Positions 1 through 13,500 of a DNA stretch of 64,000 nucleotides are shown here, piece by piece; position 1 is the stretch's first letter; every line of letters begins with the position of its first letter. The stretch is from Lingula anatina. Taxonomy: Eukaryota; Animalia; Brachiopoda. The position numbers were made by a program, and so were the translations under genes. Location: assembly GCA_051362555.1 (NCBI GenBank), contig CM120640.1, positions 53,856,788 to 53,920,787 of the forward strand. Direction: 5' to 3'. Below the pieces are notes generated by a model, which did not search any database, was not told where the DNA came from, and was given only the letters and a program-made list of their open reading frames with translations.

Positions 1-364
1 TTTATGTCAACTATGATGATATCTCAAGATGCCAAATATATTTGACAGTTTTTTGGTCATCTATCACTTTCTTTCATAAGTCCTGCTTTTGTGACTGAAT
101 GACCAAACATGTGACCTCACCTGGACTAGTGAGTGCCTGTTTGTATATATAATTTTAACAAATTTTTTTTGAAAGACCACACGGTTATAGACAAGGTCAT
201 CTAATATACCATTTGCAAAATAAGTAAACTTGCATCCAAAACCATGTGGCATCCTCAAATGCTTTCCTTCTTAACTTGCAGCTTCCAAAAATGTGCTGAA
301 GGCAAGAAATACATATAACATGTAATTGTGAATAACTGTGAAGCAAATGCACATGGTCAACTGC
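1..364 (-). other. Start of the RasGRF 3'UTR (probably continues beyond the window)
   Basis: Immediately follows the stop codon; no clear end is visible. Confidence 0.6.
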
Positions 365-484
365 TTATTTTCCCTCAGCTGCATTTATGGAAAGCCTGGA
401 GGTTCGTGGTTCAATTTCCAGTGATGCCTTGTAGGTTTCTTCTTCATCAAGCAGTCTGGTTGGGTCCAGTAAGTAGGCAGTCAC
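365..484 (-). CDS. RASGRF1: RasGRF exon 30 (last coding exon, stop codon)
   Basis: ttttcccaag|[39 protein letters not shown] (TAA at 365-367). Confidence 0.94.
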   Translation of the reverse strand: MTAYLLDPTRLLDEEETYKASLEIEPRTSRLSINAAEGK

Positions 485-1460
485 CTTGGGAAAAAATAAC
501 TGATGAATATTTAAATGGCACAATAAAAGGAGGTGAGGGGTGATGATTTGGGATATGTTACCCTCTCCCTTTCTCTCTTCATATCCCCCCCCCCCCCCAT
601 ATGGTCAGGGTCTTGCCATTTAAAGTTTTATAAGAAATATTAATTTGTAAAACACACCTTATTTCTATAAGATATAAAATATGATTTAAGTTTTCATTTA
701 TTTGCCAATAACTATGTCATATTACTGATCATCAATAAGTTTAGAAATGTATTAAAAAACAAAGAAATTTACAAAAATCCACAAAATTACCTTAGTTTGG
801 AGATCTATCTTATATGAGGTCTGTTGGAACACCTGGATCTCACGTATTACATGAGCAACCTAACAAAGAGGAAAAAAAGAAAAAATTAACAAATTTTGTC
901 ACAAGTGTCTTGATGTCTACAGTAATGGCTCTTTCAGTGTGCTACAAAAAATCTGGAACACTAGCACTTCACTGTAATAATGCCCAGTTTATATGTAGAA
1001 TCAAGCTTGCTGTCATCATGCATGTATTGTTATTTCTCTATGTGAAAAGATGACTAGGCAAAAAAAGGGTCTTTTGTTTTATTAAAGCAGATAAAATTTA
1101 GAGTTTAGAGCATTTTATCTTGAATACAAATATTAAAATTTTCTTGTAAGTAAGAATAATATCATTACTGTTAAAGATTCATTTAGAAATAATTTTAGGT
1201 AATTTGCTACCTACTCTGCAGTTAAGAATTGACCAAAAAAGGAGGGGGGGGGGGGGCTAAAAGTCTTCATAATTGCACCAAATCCAAGCGTTATATATAT
1301 AATATGCTCTAAACTGGGAATTATATTGCACTATCATCCTCAACACAATATTTTGTTACAGAGTTTCTTGCATTAATTGGGGAAGAATTTTTTTTTTTTT
1401 TTGCATGAAGAAAATGAGCTGTTGAAAAGATTCTTCAATTTCAAAATAGTTAACTAGCAA

Positions 1461-1519
<59 letters not shown>

Positions 1520-4500
1520 TCTGCCTCCCAAAACAAAATATATATTTAAAACAAATAAATAAAATACTATGAAATATAATACAACAATTCAAAGCAGGGC
1601 CACTAATTCTATGGAAAAAATATACGGCACAATATGAACTAAGTAGAAACCCAATTCGATTAATAATGAAACCGCACACAACATAAACCATTTTGTTTTG
1701 ACAAGAATAAATCCTAAACCAAAATGCACACAAGACCTGACACAAAAAGCAGTCGTGTCCCCAGCTACAATACATTTAGCACATCATGCAAAAGAGCATA
1801 ACTTCTACACATAAAACATGTTAACAGACATATGATACTGACTGCACATACTTAAAAACACTTCATAAAATATTTAATACATATCAATACATTATAATTA
1901 CAACGACTGGACCAGAACTAGAGACAAGATCTGAAAGGTTCATCATTTATATATAGACTTACAGTTTGGAAACAGAAAAATGATTCCATTCATATAAATA
2001 CATTGCATTAGGGCATTCAGTGACTTTGTTGTGAAAAGAAAGGCATGCATTTTCAATGCATCAAGTGATAGAAACTCATTGCTAACATGCACCACACCAT
2101 ATCCCTGTGGCCCAGACCAACTGTGCATGCAGACACTACCACTAACTATCATGCATGTACATATCAAATAAACTCTAACCAACAATACAAATGTCAGGGT
2201 AACAGAAATATGAAAGCAATAGCCTATCCAATTAAATCATCAGCACCAGTCATGGACAGTGGTAAATTTAGCGGCCTGATTAAAAAACTAATACAGTGTT
2301 TCATGCATAATCTATAAAAAAAATCTATCAGGAATCACTTTGTGTCTCATGATGTTAACTGTTCACGATTCATTTACTGGATGACGAAATAAAGTTTTAC
2401 CCAGTTCCACTTTTAGAGACAACAGAACCATCCTGTATAATGTTACACGATGAAAAAATACTGGGGTAAACCAACCATTCTTTAAATTGTTCTTTCATTA
2501 ATTCTGTGAAGCTGCTTCTTGGATTTCATGTAAGTGGATAGTTCTGACACATTTCAAAAATAAAAGAGAAAGAATGTAATGTAGAAAAAAACCTGCCAAA
2601 TTTTCTGGACATTGTTTTAAGTAATCAATAAAATATTCCCATAATCAAAACTTGATTTCTTCAGTCAATAAGTATTGCTTTTTGCTACAATGAATGATAA
2701 TTAAAGTTCATACAAACGTCATAGGCTAAATGTGGCTAACTGTAACACAGCAGTCTCGTTAAATCACGTGTATATCTTATATCCAATGTTACAAAATAAA
2801 CATATTTAAATATGCAGTAATATTGATTAACCTCTTACAACCTATGCATGACTGTGAGTAATAAGAAAATATTTTGGAAGAAAACTGATCATGGAGAGAC
2901 CATTGTGTATGGAGGTGTCACTTGTTGGGTAACACAAAAAGGCTATGGTAAGATCCTGACTTAATTGCAACATGTTCAATAAGGTCATAAAAGAGAGGGC
3001 ATTCCACTGCAATGCTAGTGATTAATGAATAAATATTTTATGTGATATTCAGACTTTGGATTTTCATATCTGATTTTTAGCTGTTCAATACAAGACCAAA
3101 GGCAAATCCAATACTGAACTTTTGATACTAACAGTATCCCTAAAACAAAATACCAATGACTAAATGCATTGCTAATTTACTTTGGATATAAACTAAATGA
3201 AATTTTAAAAAATTCTTTTAGATTTAATCCTTACAGGGCAATTTAGTGAATAAATGTGAATTTGGATGAAACAATATTATCATAATAGCCTCAAACGTTG
3301 TAAAATAATCTCTGAGTATTAACTTTTCCATACACTTAAATATTAAAAAGAAATTTGTAAGTAATCAAAAATGTTTTCTGCTTCCAGCAACTTACTCCTA
3401 CCTGACTACACACTGTATAAAGGTTATAGTAACATCATATCATTAACTATGTGGCAAAACTGCAAAGGTTGTTTATACCAGGTTTCTAAGGAGGGAAAAT
3501 TATTTATTTTGGTGCTGACATCAGTCAGACAGAAAAAAAAAAGACTCTCACCACTACAAAACATACACTACAACATTCAGGTTGTATCCAGACATGGATC
3601 TTAAGTGTGCAAATTTTGTGACCGAGATGTCATCCCCAGACAACAAAATTATGAAAATGATTCAAGAATGCTTCAGAAAGCATTGAGGTTACTGTGCACA
3701 TTAACCCAACTTATTATAAAAAGACAAAGCCAGCAGAGAGGAAATGTGCAGAGATGGTTCCATCTGGATCCAGTCAGTTCAATTACTGATGATTTAATTT
3801 GGCTATCTGATGATGACACCATGGCCACAAGTTTCCATCTATGCCTGAATACACTTCAAGATACATCTACACTACCATTCTCATTTTGGAAAAGTTGACT
3901 AGTCCTTCTTCTGTGACATTGGGTGTGCCTTCCTCGATGAAAGAGAGATCAGTAAGATACATGCCCAAATAAGGAATGCATGGCGGATCACATCTGATTA
4001 TCGTGTGCAGTGCAAAGGAATGGAGAGAAAAATGGAGAAAATATTGGATTAGTTGAAAGATCATAATCATCAAAATGTAGAATGTGACTATTAAAGGAAA
4101 TGCAAACATAGCTGATTTATAACATGTACCTTTTCATCTTATAAATGACTATACTGAATTTTTTTTTCAGTTATTACAGGAAAATTTTGATTAAGCAATT
4201 GCAAAAACAGTAACCAAGAAGATTTAACCAAATTCTATTTCACTCAAACTGTCAAAAGTATCAAAAACTAGTCGGTCTGACATCTTCCTTTAAAACTCAC
4301 TAAAATTATTTTCAAATTTCTGGACTTGCTTGCATCTTATGCTCAAGTATCTTACCATTTAAAGATATAACGGAAATTAAATTAAAATGTAACTTTAAAA
4401 TAAATTTATGTAAAGATGTAAACAAGTCTTATATATTACTAAAAGTGCATAATCTACTTCTAAAGGCTACTTCTTTCATTTATATGATTGCACAATACAT

Positions 4501-7500
4501 GTATCTCCTCAAGGCTTAGTGCATTCAAGCTAAATATCTGCCTACTGCACACACTGTGTAAAACCTGAATATAAAATGCAGTAAAATCAACATATTTCAA
4601 GCTTTTTTATCTTTTCACACTTCACTCTTTCTAACTACTAGCCTGGCCAAGGTCTATACACTAAGTTTTTGCCATAACATGGACTAGCCATAATGAATTT
4701 CCAAGGAACAATTTAGGGGTAAATTGAAGCACCTGCACATTAAATTGAATATTTTTGAGAATAAGTATGTCTGTCAAGGAAAATGTTATTAGCAATTAAA
4801 TCTGGATCTAAGTTTTTCTACAACAATGGCAAAAAGTCTTCTTGAAATTTGATAAATCAGTTGGACAAATTATACACACGACTACTAGTAGGCAATATAA
4901 ATGTAAATATCTAATTCACAGCATACAAGGGAGTCACAAAAGACACACAAAAATTTCATTTTCACATAAAAAACAAAAAGGTTATATATCCCTAAGTGGA
5001 AGTTGCTGTTGAAATTCAAGAACATGTCATGTAAATAACATATACTTTTGGTTGATAATACTTATCCTGCTAGATAAATACATACATAAAATAGGGTTTT
5101 CATTGTCTGTAGTTTATCTTTAAAGTTTTGGTTTTCATTGTCTGTAGTTTATCTTTAAAGTTTATCTTTAAATATTTTTTTCTTTAGAAACTATTACTTT
5201 CTCAGACACAAAATTGTCCACCATTTTTTTTTACTTTGAAATGTATTCATTGTCATGAGGGACAGCAATACAAATGCACTCATCTAATAAGAACTTATAT
5301 TTTGCATAAACTGCATCCCTACTGCCCATTTCACTACATGCACAAAGACACTGCAACTACAAATGTCACAAAACAAACTGCAGAACTTATGGTATGTACA
5401 AGTATTTGGAAGACAGTTCATAAGGAAGACGAAAGTTGTAGTCACTTTCAACCATTCCATTTGGTAAGCTGAAATTTTAACATTTTAAGTTCACGATAAA
5501 ACTATTGGGAAAAAAAAAAAAAAACTGAAAGTAATGAAAGATCATTTATATTCATTACTATAGTGAAATCTCTAAAAAACTTCAACCATAATATCAAATG
5601 GTTTTACTGAATTTTGTCAAATTATGAGAAGATAAAAAACTGTCTTTATATGCCAGAAAAATTATAAATCTTTATTTTGACTTTTCAACTAATATCTGAA
5701 ACTGGGCAGCTATTAAGCTACTGTAACAGTAATAAACCTTGAAATTACTTCAATGAAATTGTGCCAATTTATCATAATTCCCCATAAAGACTGAACATAT
5801 GGCTTAGTTAAAAGCGTATCAAGGATTCATTGAAGCTTCATGATTTCAAACAAAAAAACAGTATGTCTCATCTTCTTTAGAAATACAATTCTTCTAGGTT
5901 TGAATTAAATGCAGAACTAGTTGGGCACTTAAATGTGCAAAAATTAAGTCATGCCTTAGCAATAAAGTACACCCACTGTTAAGAAAGTATTGTGTATGTA
6001 CCTGTGGAGGGCATCCCGCATATTCTTAAACCTGCCATCAGATGAGACCAACTGCTGGAGCTTTTCTATCATCTGCTTGGTCTGAAATAGATGTGAATTT
6101 CACTAGACTTTGAAGGAAAGTTACTTTAGAATATGTCTGAGTTGTGGTTATTGGAAAATAGTTTCAGTTTAAAAAGCTCTCTAAAAATGGTAAGATGTAG
6201 CTGTTAGTCAATACAATTCTTGCTCATTTTTAATATTTATTTAAAAAAAAATCATATATGTGTGTGCTTAAAAATAAGAAATATCTCTTTCATCAAGAAA
6301 TACTGAACGTGTCAAAGTAAAATTATTGCACATAATTAACAGAACAAATTTGGCAACACTATCAAACTGACAGCATATTCCATACCTGTTTAGATAATTT
6401 ATCCCATGTTTTCTTCAGCCTATAAACTGAGCTATTGACAAATGCAGCACATATTTGTAACACACCGTTGTAATTGTGCAGACAGCGACATATGTCAGCA
6501 ATAGCTGCCCATTTCTCAATGCAAGCAATGCGCTCCTGAAAATTTGGCCGGCGGACAATCTCTGAAACAACCAATCTGCTGACCTAAAAGAAAAATGTTT
6601 CCTTTTAGAATACAGTGAAAACAATGTTTACAGAAATAAAACAGAAATCAAGATATTGCTACTTTGAGGATCAATTCTTGAAATAGTTTAAAAGAAGTAG
6701 TAAGATGATTAGTATCTCTTTGCACACCAAATTTAGAACTGCAACAAAACAACAGCAACAAACAAAATAAAAAAAAATCCATGTAAGAAGATACAATATA
6801 TCTATGGTTCATTCTAGATACCTCGTTGAATCTCTTGCTGACCATGAGAACATGGGGAGCCTTCTCTGCCTTGTCTGGCTTCATCCAGGCTTGACATAGT
6901 AATTCCCTACATATTCAAAATAAAATAAAATTTAAAAAAAAGTATTATAATGTTTTCAGAGGCACTATTTTTATCTACTTACTTATTTAGCATTACTTAT
7001 ATTAGCGTTGATTTCAGATTCAGGTTCCTACTGGATCCCCTTTATCGGACTCTTCCTCCAAAACTAACTTGTGACTTTATTTCTTCATCTTCAAATTCCA
7101 TCTATTCTGATTAAAATATCTTAGCCTCACTATGCATAATGTCTGTGTTTCAATAGCCTGACTTACTCGCTCCTTATAGCCATGAAGATGTGGTGGTCCA
7201 GGTATGTCAGCTGCTCAGCTATGTCCAAGGCAGACAGGGTGTCAAACGTGTCCTTGGAGGGTTTCTACACGGAAAACATTCAATAGCAGAACTTCAAAAA
7301 TGCAGTTGAAACTGTATGAATGTCTATGTGTGCCCTTTACTTGCATAAAGAATAACCTGATATATTCTAATAATTATAAATATCATTAATTATCAATCTA
7401 TCAATATTCATGCTAAAATACACTATTTTCCCATATTTTAGAGTGATGGCATTCAAAAATGTCTAAGACTGATTTTGTATGTCTTTGTCATCTGTTTCTT

Positions 7501-10500
7501 TACTAGCTTTAGTTGATTCTATTTCAAGTGAGTGGATGGCACCCAATGATGATTTCAAGTGATAAAACATCCATAGCTCCCCTGGTCCCTGACTCTTACC
7601 AGTGGTGGAGACAGCACAGCCACCAGGTCTACCCTGTATGTGTTAGCTGACTCCTCCTTGGCCATTGTACGCAAAATACTAGCTGCTGCCTTGTGCTCAG
7701 CTGGGAGGAGGTTAGTGTTACACACCATCTCTTCCAGGAGATCCTTCACTTCTGCTTTCAGCTTAGGGTCTGTTTCAAAGTCCTAAAATTGCAAGATAGG
7801 GATACAGATTGTATCAAAATTATATATAATAAAGAAAGTTTTCCTATAATCATGAATATAGACAAGATGAAATGTTTTAATGCAAAAAAATTAACTTTAA
7901 TTTAAAAAAAATGCATAAATGCAGTACTGTAGGGAGAACAACATTAAGTCTGGCACATTATTTGGCAGATGACTAAGGTGAGCATTAGCAATCTATAAAA
8001 ATGTATGTATTTGGAGAGCTAAGATCTTAACCTGGATGTCTTAACAGATAGATTTAAGGAGCATTTATAGTAAGACCATAATACTAATATTTCAGCAGAT
8101 CATGCCCTTGAGATTTCTAAAAACCAAACCACTGGGCACATGACTTAATTCCATTACAGTGACAGAGGAAGAAACATTAAATGGGTTAGATAAACTCCCT
8201 AGATTTAAATAATGTAATCATACAAAATGCTACATGTATATAGTATTATAGGCAATAGCAACAGAATGAGCCTGAAGAGAGTGAGGTAGCAGGGGTTTTA
8301 CCTGAGAATGTTTTGAGACCCAGTGTCTCAGTACGTTAAGTACTCTCATGGTTGCTGCCGTGCTTATGACAGACTCCCTCTTCTTGTTCACATTATATGG
8401 TTTAAGGTCACCGGCTCCTGGAGGAACAATATATAAAAACACCATCAGATAATTTTAGTTACCCAAGGCTGAAAGGTCCAAATCTGCCTCAAACTAGTCA
8501 GCATTGCAATCAATTTTGCCACCTGCACAGTAACATACTTTATACTACAAGCAACTTTCTGCACCTTTAGTCATATTACCTTTAAATACAGTATATTGCA
8601 GCTTTGATACTGGCTTGATTACCATCAGCAATGTACACATTATTAAGGCAAAGGAAAGGAACATACGCAATGCCCAATTTTGTATGTAAAAACTGGGTCT
8701 TCCTTGTACATGTACCTCTTGTTAGCATCTATTTAGTTTCTGAGAACATTTACTGCAGGGGTATTTTTTCCATAATAAGACACACAAGAAAAGGGATAGG
8801 ATACGATATTTTGGATTATTTTGTTTGAAATACCCATGATAAGATAATACATAGCTACTAAGCAGGGCTTTGTTTAAACAAAGGTATCTCTTAATTTTTT
8901 CACAGTGTATGATGCAAATGCTTATTGCAGTCCCACAATTTTGTGGAAAATGGAAAAAAAGCTGTGATAAGTGGGTTAAACCTTATTTCTATAATTCCAA
9001 TGTGGTCTTTTTATTTTGGATTATTTTGGATTACACTGAAAAATAAACATGAATTTACTACAAAATAATAAAATTAGGGGAACAGAATCTTTCAAATGAA
9101 GAGTTTGGGAGATAGTTTTGGCATCAACTGGTGTCAACAGGTCAGAGACAAACCTAGATGCTTTCAGCAGCACATAAGATACAAAGAGAGAGCACTGATG
9201 TCAATTTAGTGCCCAGGAACAAAAGAGAAGATTTACAAATCCCAACCCATTGTAATCAGGACAGTATGTTATAATCTACATAGTTAATCTTGTTTTTACC
9301 ATCAGGAGCTTCCTACAATACATTTTCTCTATTGGAATAAAAAGCAGCATTTATCAACATGAAAGAAACAGCTTCAATGGTAAGCTCTCTAAAACATACA
9401 AAATGAAACATCATCCATGTGCCTCTACACCTGTGAATCATCAAGTCAAAGATTAAGTAAAACCCATGTCTTGTGAAATAAAAAAGATTCATTATAATTG
9501 TTTTGTTATTTCACCAGCCACAAAAAAAAAAAAAGACTTTATAAACATAATTATTAAACTGACAGGATGAAATTGTGCATGTCTGTTATGAATACAACTT
9601 AACTATTTTTTGAGATATCAAACAGAAGCACAAATATGAAAGGATCATATAAGAATAGGAAATAAAATAAATCTAAGATATGACCATCTGTAAACCACCC
9701 ACATGAATGACTAGATAACAAATAAGTATTATTTCTATATAGGCAACAACAACCAACACAGACAGCTGGCAGTTCAATTCAAGTAAGAAATTATTTGGAC
9801 TCCACATTAGTAAGCAAATCTCTACAAATAATATTCTTTCAATTTATCACAGAATAGATAGCAAACAATAAAGTAATAAAACACTTACAGCTACTATATT
9901 CCATCAAATACAACCAAACCACCCTTATCAACATGTGTTTATTAATTTTTTAAAAATATATTAACTGTAGTATCTCAAAACAATTTTCATATGCATATAC
10001 AGCAGAATAGAATAGTATAGAATTTCCCCTCACAACTACACAGAAAATGGACAGATATGTTAAAGGACAAACAGTCTGGTTTGCTAATATGATTATTCAA
10101 TGGTAAAAACTCTAACAATAATGCAGTAAATTAATAGCATTAGAACTAAAAAATAATTGCTGACTGTAATGTATATTGTATACAGTCTATGTAAACAGCT
10201 ACATGTATACAATAATTGTAATGTCAAAAGAAACAAACAATTTGCCTGAAAATTCCTATCAATAATGAGCAAATAAGAAAGAAAAGTATCTGAAAACAAT
10301 TCAAAACAAGAACTCCATCAAAAGCACACAGGGAAGATTTCATCACATCAAGCAAAGCCCATCGAGTCACATGATAAAGCAGCTGGTCACATGACTGACT
10401 CACCAGTGAAACTGTGATATCTGTTCATCCTTCTGGTTGGGTGTGCTGGGCTCATACCAGGGATCCCATTGGCCCACACTAGTATAGGGAATAAGCAACA

Positions 10501-13500
10501 TACTCATACTAGGAAGGTCACATACAGGACACAAATGGGATAAAGAAGAGAATAAAAATTGGAAGAATAGGCTGCTTTTTAGGTGGGAAAATACTATGCA
10601 AAATTTGAGCCAAGATTTCTGTCAAAAGGACACAGATTTTGCGTGGAGTAGTGTTCTCTTGCCAGTTATCAGTCACAGCAAATCACTGGAATAAAGCCTT
10701 GAAATACGGAATGTTAAATGCAGCCACACTGATGTAAAGACAATTTTTCATGTCAAAATAAGATGAATTATGTGATTGATTAGCATAATGTGACTTAGAC
10801 ATGCCACTACAGTTAAAATATTCTAAATTTATTGGGCCTAAAAATCATCTAAATTCAAGATTATGAAAAAAGGCTCATTCTTTCAAGTTTCAATAGAAGG
10901 TTAACTAATCCTACATTCATTCCAAGTCAAAATTTAACTATTTGGAAAACCGTGCTTTAAATGTCCAAGGTGAAGTAGACATTAGGCATTTTATACCACG
11001 TTTTGAAAATATTAAAATGTATTTTAATGATATATTATATATCAATAATTTGACTCCTAAACCTGGTTTTGACTTTTAAAAAACCCCTCTTTCCTTAATC
11101 TGAGGACAACACTAAATAGAGAGTAAAGTTTTCAGTAGGCTTGTAGATTAGAAGAGAGGCAGATTCTGCTCAACATGGTAAGACTCTGGGTAAAATTTAA
11201 TCAAGACAGATGTTCTATTTCATTACATATGATGCTGTCAGAAATATGAGATAAAACAATTTTAAATATAACTGCTGGATAGTTCTAAGTTAAATCAGTC
11301 TATGAGAACACATTGTTTAAGCCTAAGTACTGGTAGCAGCAGCAAATTTGTAGCATAAAGAATGTGAAGTGAAAATACATATACCAGCATAGATTTACCA
11401 GACATGGCCGTAAAGAACAGTGGCATTGTATGCAAAGAACTCACATACTATCATGTCACATGACATGCATGCAGGTAAAGTTGACAATATATAACACAAT
11501 AAAACAGAGCATTACTTTGTTCTGAACTTGCAACAAATTGAATACACTATAATTATCAATGTGTGTTCAAACAGGATTGTTTTAATAAGGTTTTAAGACA
11601 CAGACTTAAGACTTTTTATTCTGACAGTTTGGGACCAAAACATCAGAAAACCAAATCACTTCACCTTTGATTTCATAGTCCAAGGCAGTGCTTCTATGTT
11701 TTAATCACAATGTATTGTGGCTGTGTGGCAGAAGATGTTATGTGTCTTTCTGCATAAGCCATTTTAAAATAAATTAAATCTTAAAGCACCTCTACTAAAT
11801 TACTTGTAAATTATTTGGATGGCTTTAACTCTCAGTCCAGCTGAAGTCTGTGTCTAAACACACTGCAGTGTCAAGAAAGGGCACATCACTCATGCCATTT
11901 CTTTATCCAAAGTTTTCATAGACCAGTACACAAAACAACCAATTTGTTGGTAAATACACCTCCACATTTATGTTCCATAGGGTCCCTGTTTACTGTGACC
12001 AATGAGAGAGGTTCTCATGGGTAAACATTATTCTTGATACACGTAAACATGTCTTTAAAAGGCATACCAGGGTATAACATCCAGGAGTTCACTTCAATTT
12101 TTTCTCCATCAATTTCAATCTAGAATTCTTCACAGCAGTTTGAGATTCACCAGACCAAACTCTGACATAAAATACATCAAATATTTTCTTCTATCCGATA
12201 TATTAGAATACCTATGTTCACATACATTTTACAGACATAACGAATTGGATGAGATAATTGCTAAAAAATCCCAATTTTTCAGCAGATGACAGTGAACATA
12301 TACATACCTGATACCTACAGCATTTCATAACAAAAGTATGACCTTAAGCAAATACTGCTAGCTTACCTGCACTGTGGTACCTATTAATGCCCTTGGGGTG
12401 GTGGTTCTGATTCTCAGAGTTTGTGTTAGCCACTCCTGCTGTGGCTGCCGCAAATGCAGTGGTGGCAGCTGATGAACTAGACCTATTTTATATAATGTAG
12501 ACCTGCATAATACTAAATATGACTTTCATTTACAGTCTTGAATTAAAATAAATTTGAAAAGGTAACTGTTTAGTAAAAGAATACTGTGCTTTAATATCTA
12601 TTCTAAAACTTAAAACATTTAATAAATAATGTATTTGTCAAAGCAACTCAACTGCTACTTAAGAAGTGATTTTATAAATTTATGACACGAGACATGGCTA
12701 GTACAAAAGCAAAATACACAGCAAAGAAAGGATTTCAAACTGGTACTGCCTTTGTACAATGAAAATAAAAATCAAACATAAGTTGTGAATTTAAAGAAGA
12801 AAATCTGCAGAGTTGCCAACAACATAGTTATCAATTTACACAGATTATTGTTTATCATTTTATTAGAAACCTAGAGAGTCAAAAATCCATAACCTGCAGT
12901 GTTCATGTAAATATGTAGAGTTGACAACCCTGACAAAACCCTGTTCATGCTAACAGCTAGTTATATATATATAAATTTCCATCACCAATAAGCAAACCCC
13001 TGAAGAAACATGTTTCAACGTATATATCTTTTATACAAATCTACAACAGTGAAGAATAGTAAAGCTACATATTAAACAGGACAATAAAATGAATACAGTT
13101 TTTGTTACTTCATCTCAGGCAAATGTGTATGATGCACAAAATGTAAATTACTACATCATTGATATTAACAGGAATTATGTTATCTTTTAATGATTCAGAA
13201 ATACTATTGCAGCCCATATAACACATTCACTCCAATACTAATACAGATATCAAAGATTAATTAAATGATAAAACATCTGTAAACACAACCTTATCTTTCC
13301 TGGGAGGTTACCAGAGAAAGTGCCAGAATATTATATCTCACAACTTCTGAAAGTGATACTTCTACATATAATATAATCCCCACCAGGAGCTATAGTTTGA
13401 AAAGCTTTTGGAGCCCAAGATAGATGGGCACTTGTGATATAGTCCACTTCATACAGCCATGCAAATAAGAAGGCTCAAACAACCTGAATCACAAGTATAG

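Noticed and set aside
1356-1775. 139-aa ORF with poly-Ile (also the poly-CV/TH ORFs near 38170-38635 and the 148-aa ORF at 36492-36938)
   Set aside because: Translations of microsatellites or AT-rich low-complexity sequence
3783-3806. Possible alternative terminal exon (cag|IAKLNHQ*) 69 nt after exon 28
   Set aside because: Poor polypyrimidine tract and it would truncate the CDC25 domain; the conserved exons at 791-859 and 365-484 complete the protein
6814-6821. Donor gtatct as a possible U12-type intron
   Set aside because: Does not match GTATCCTT beyond five bases; no U12 branch point seen
12068-12119. Exon-like stretch reading [17 protein letters not shown] with a g|gtatgc donor
   Set aside because: It would enter in phase 0 while the upstream exon ends in phase 1, and phase-1 readings hit stops; the resemblance to small GTPases is too short to trust
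12483-12504. Second acceptor (tgcag|gtcta) 20 nt upstream of the exon 20 acceptor
   Set aside because: Would shift the frame; no support from the protein
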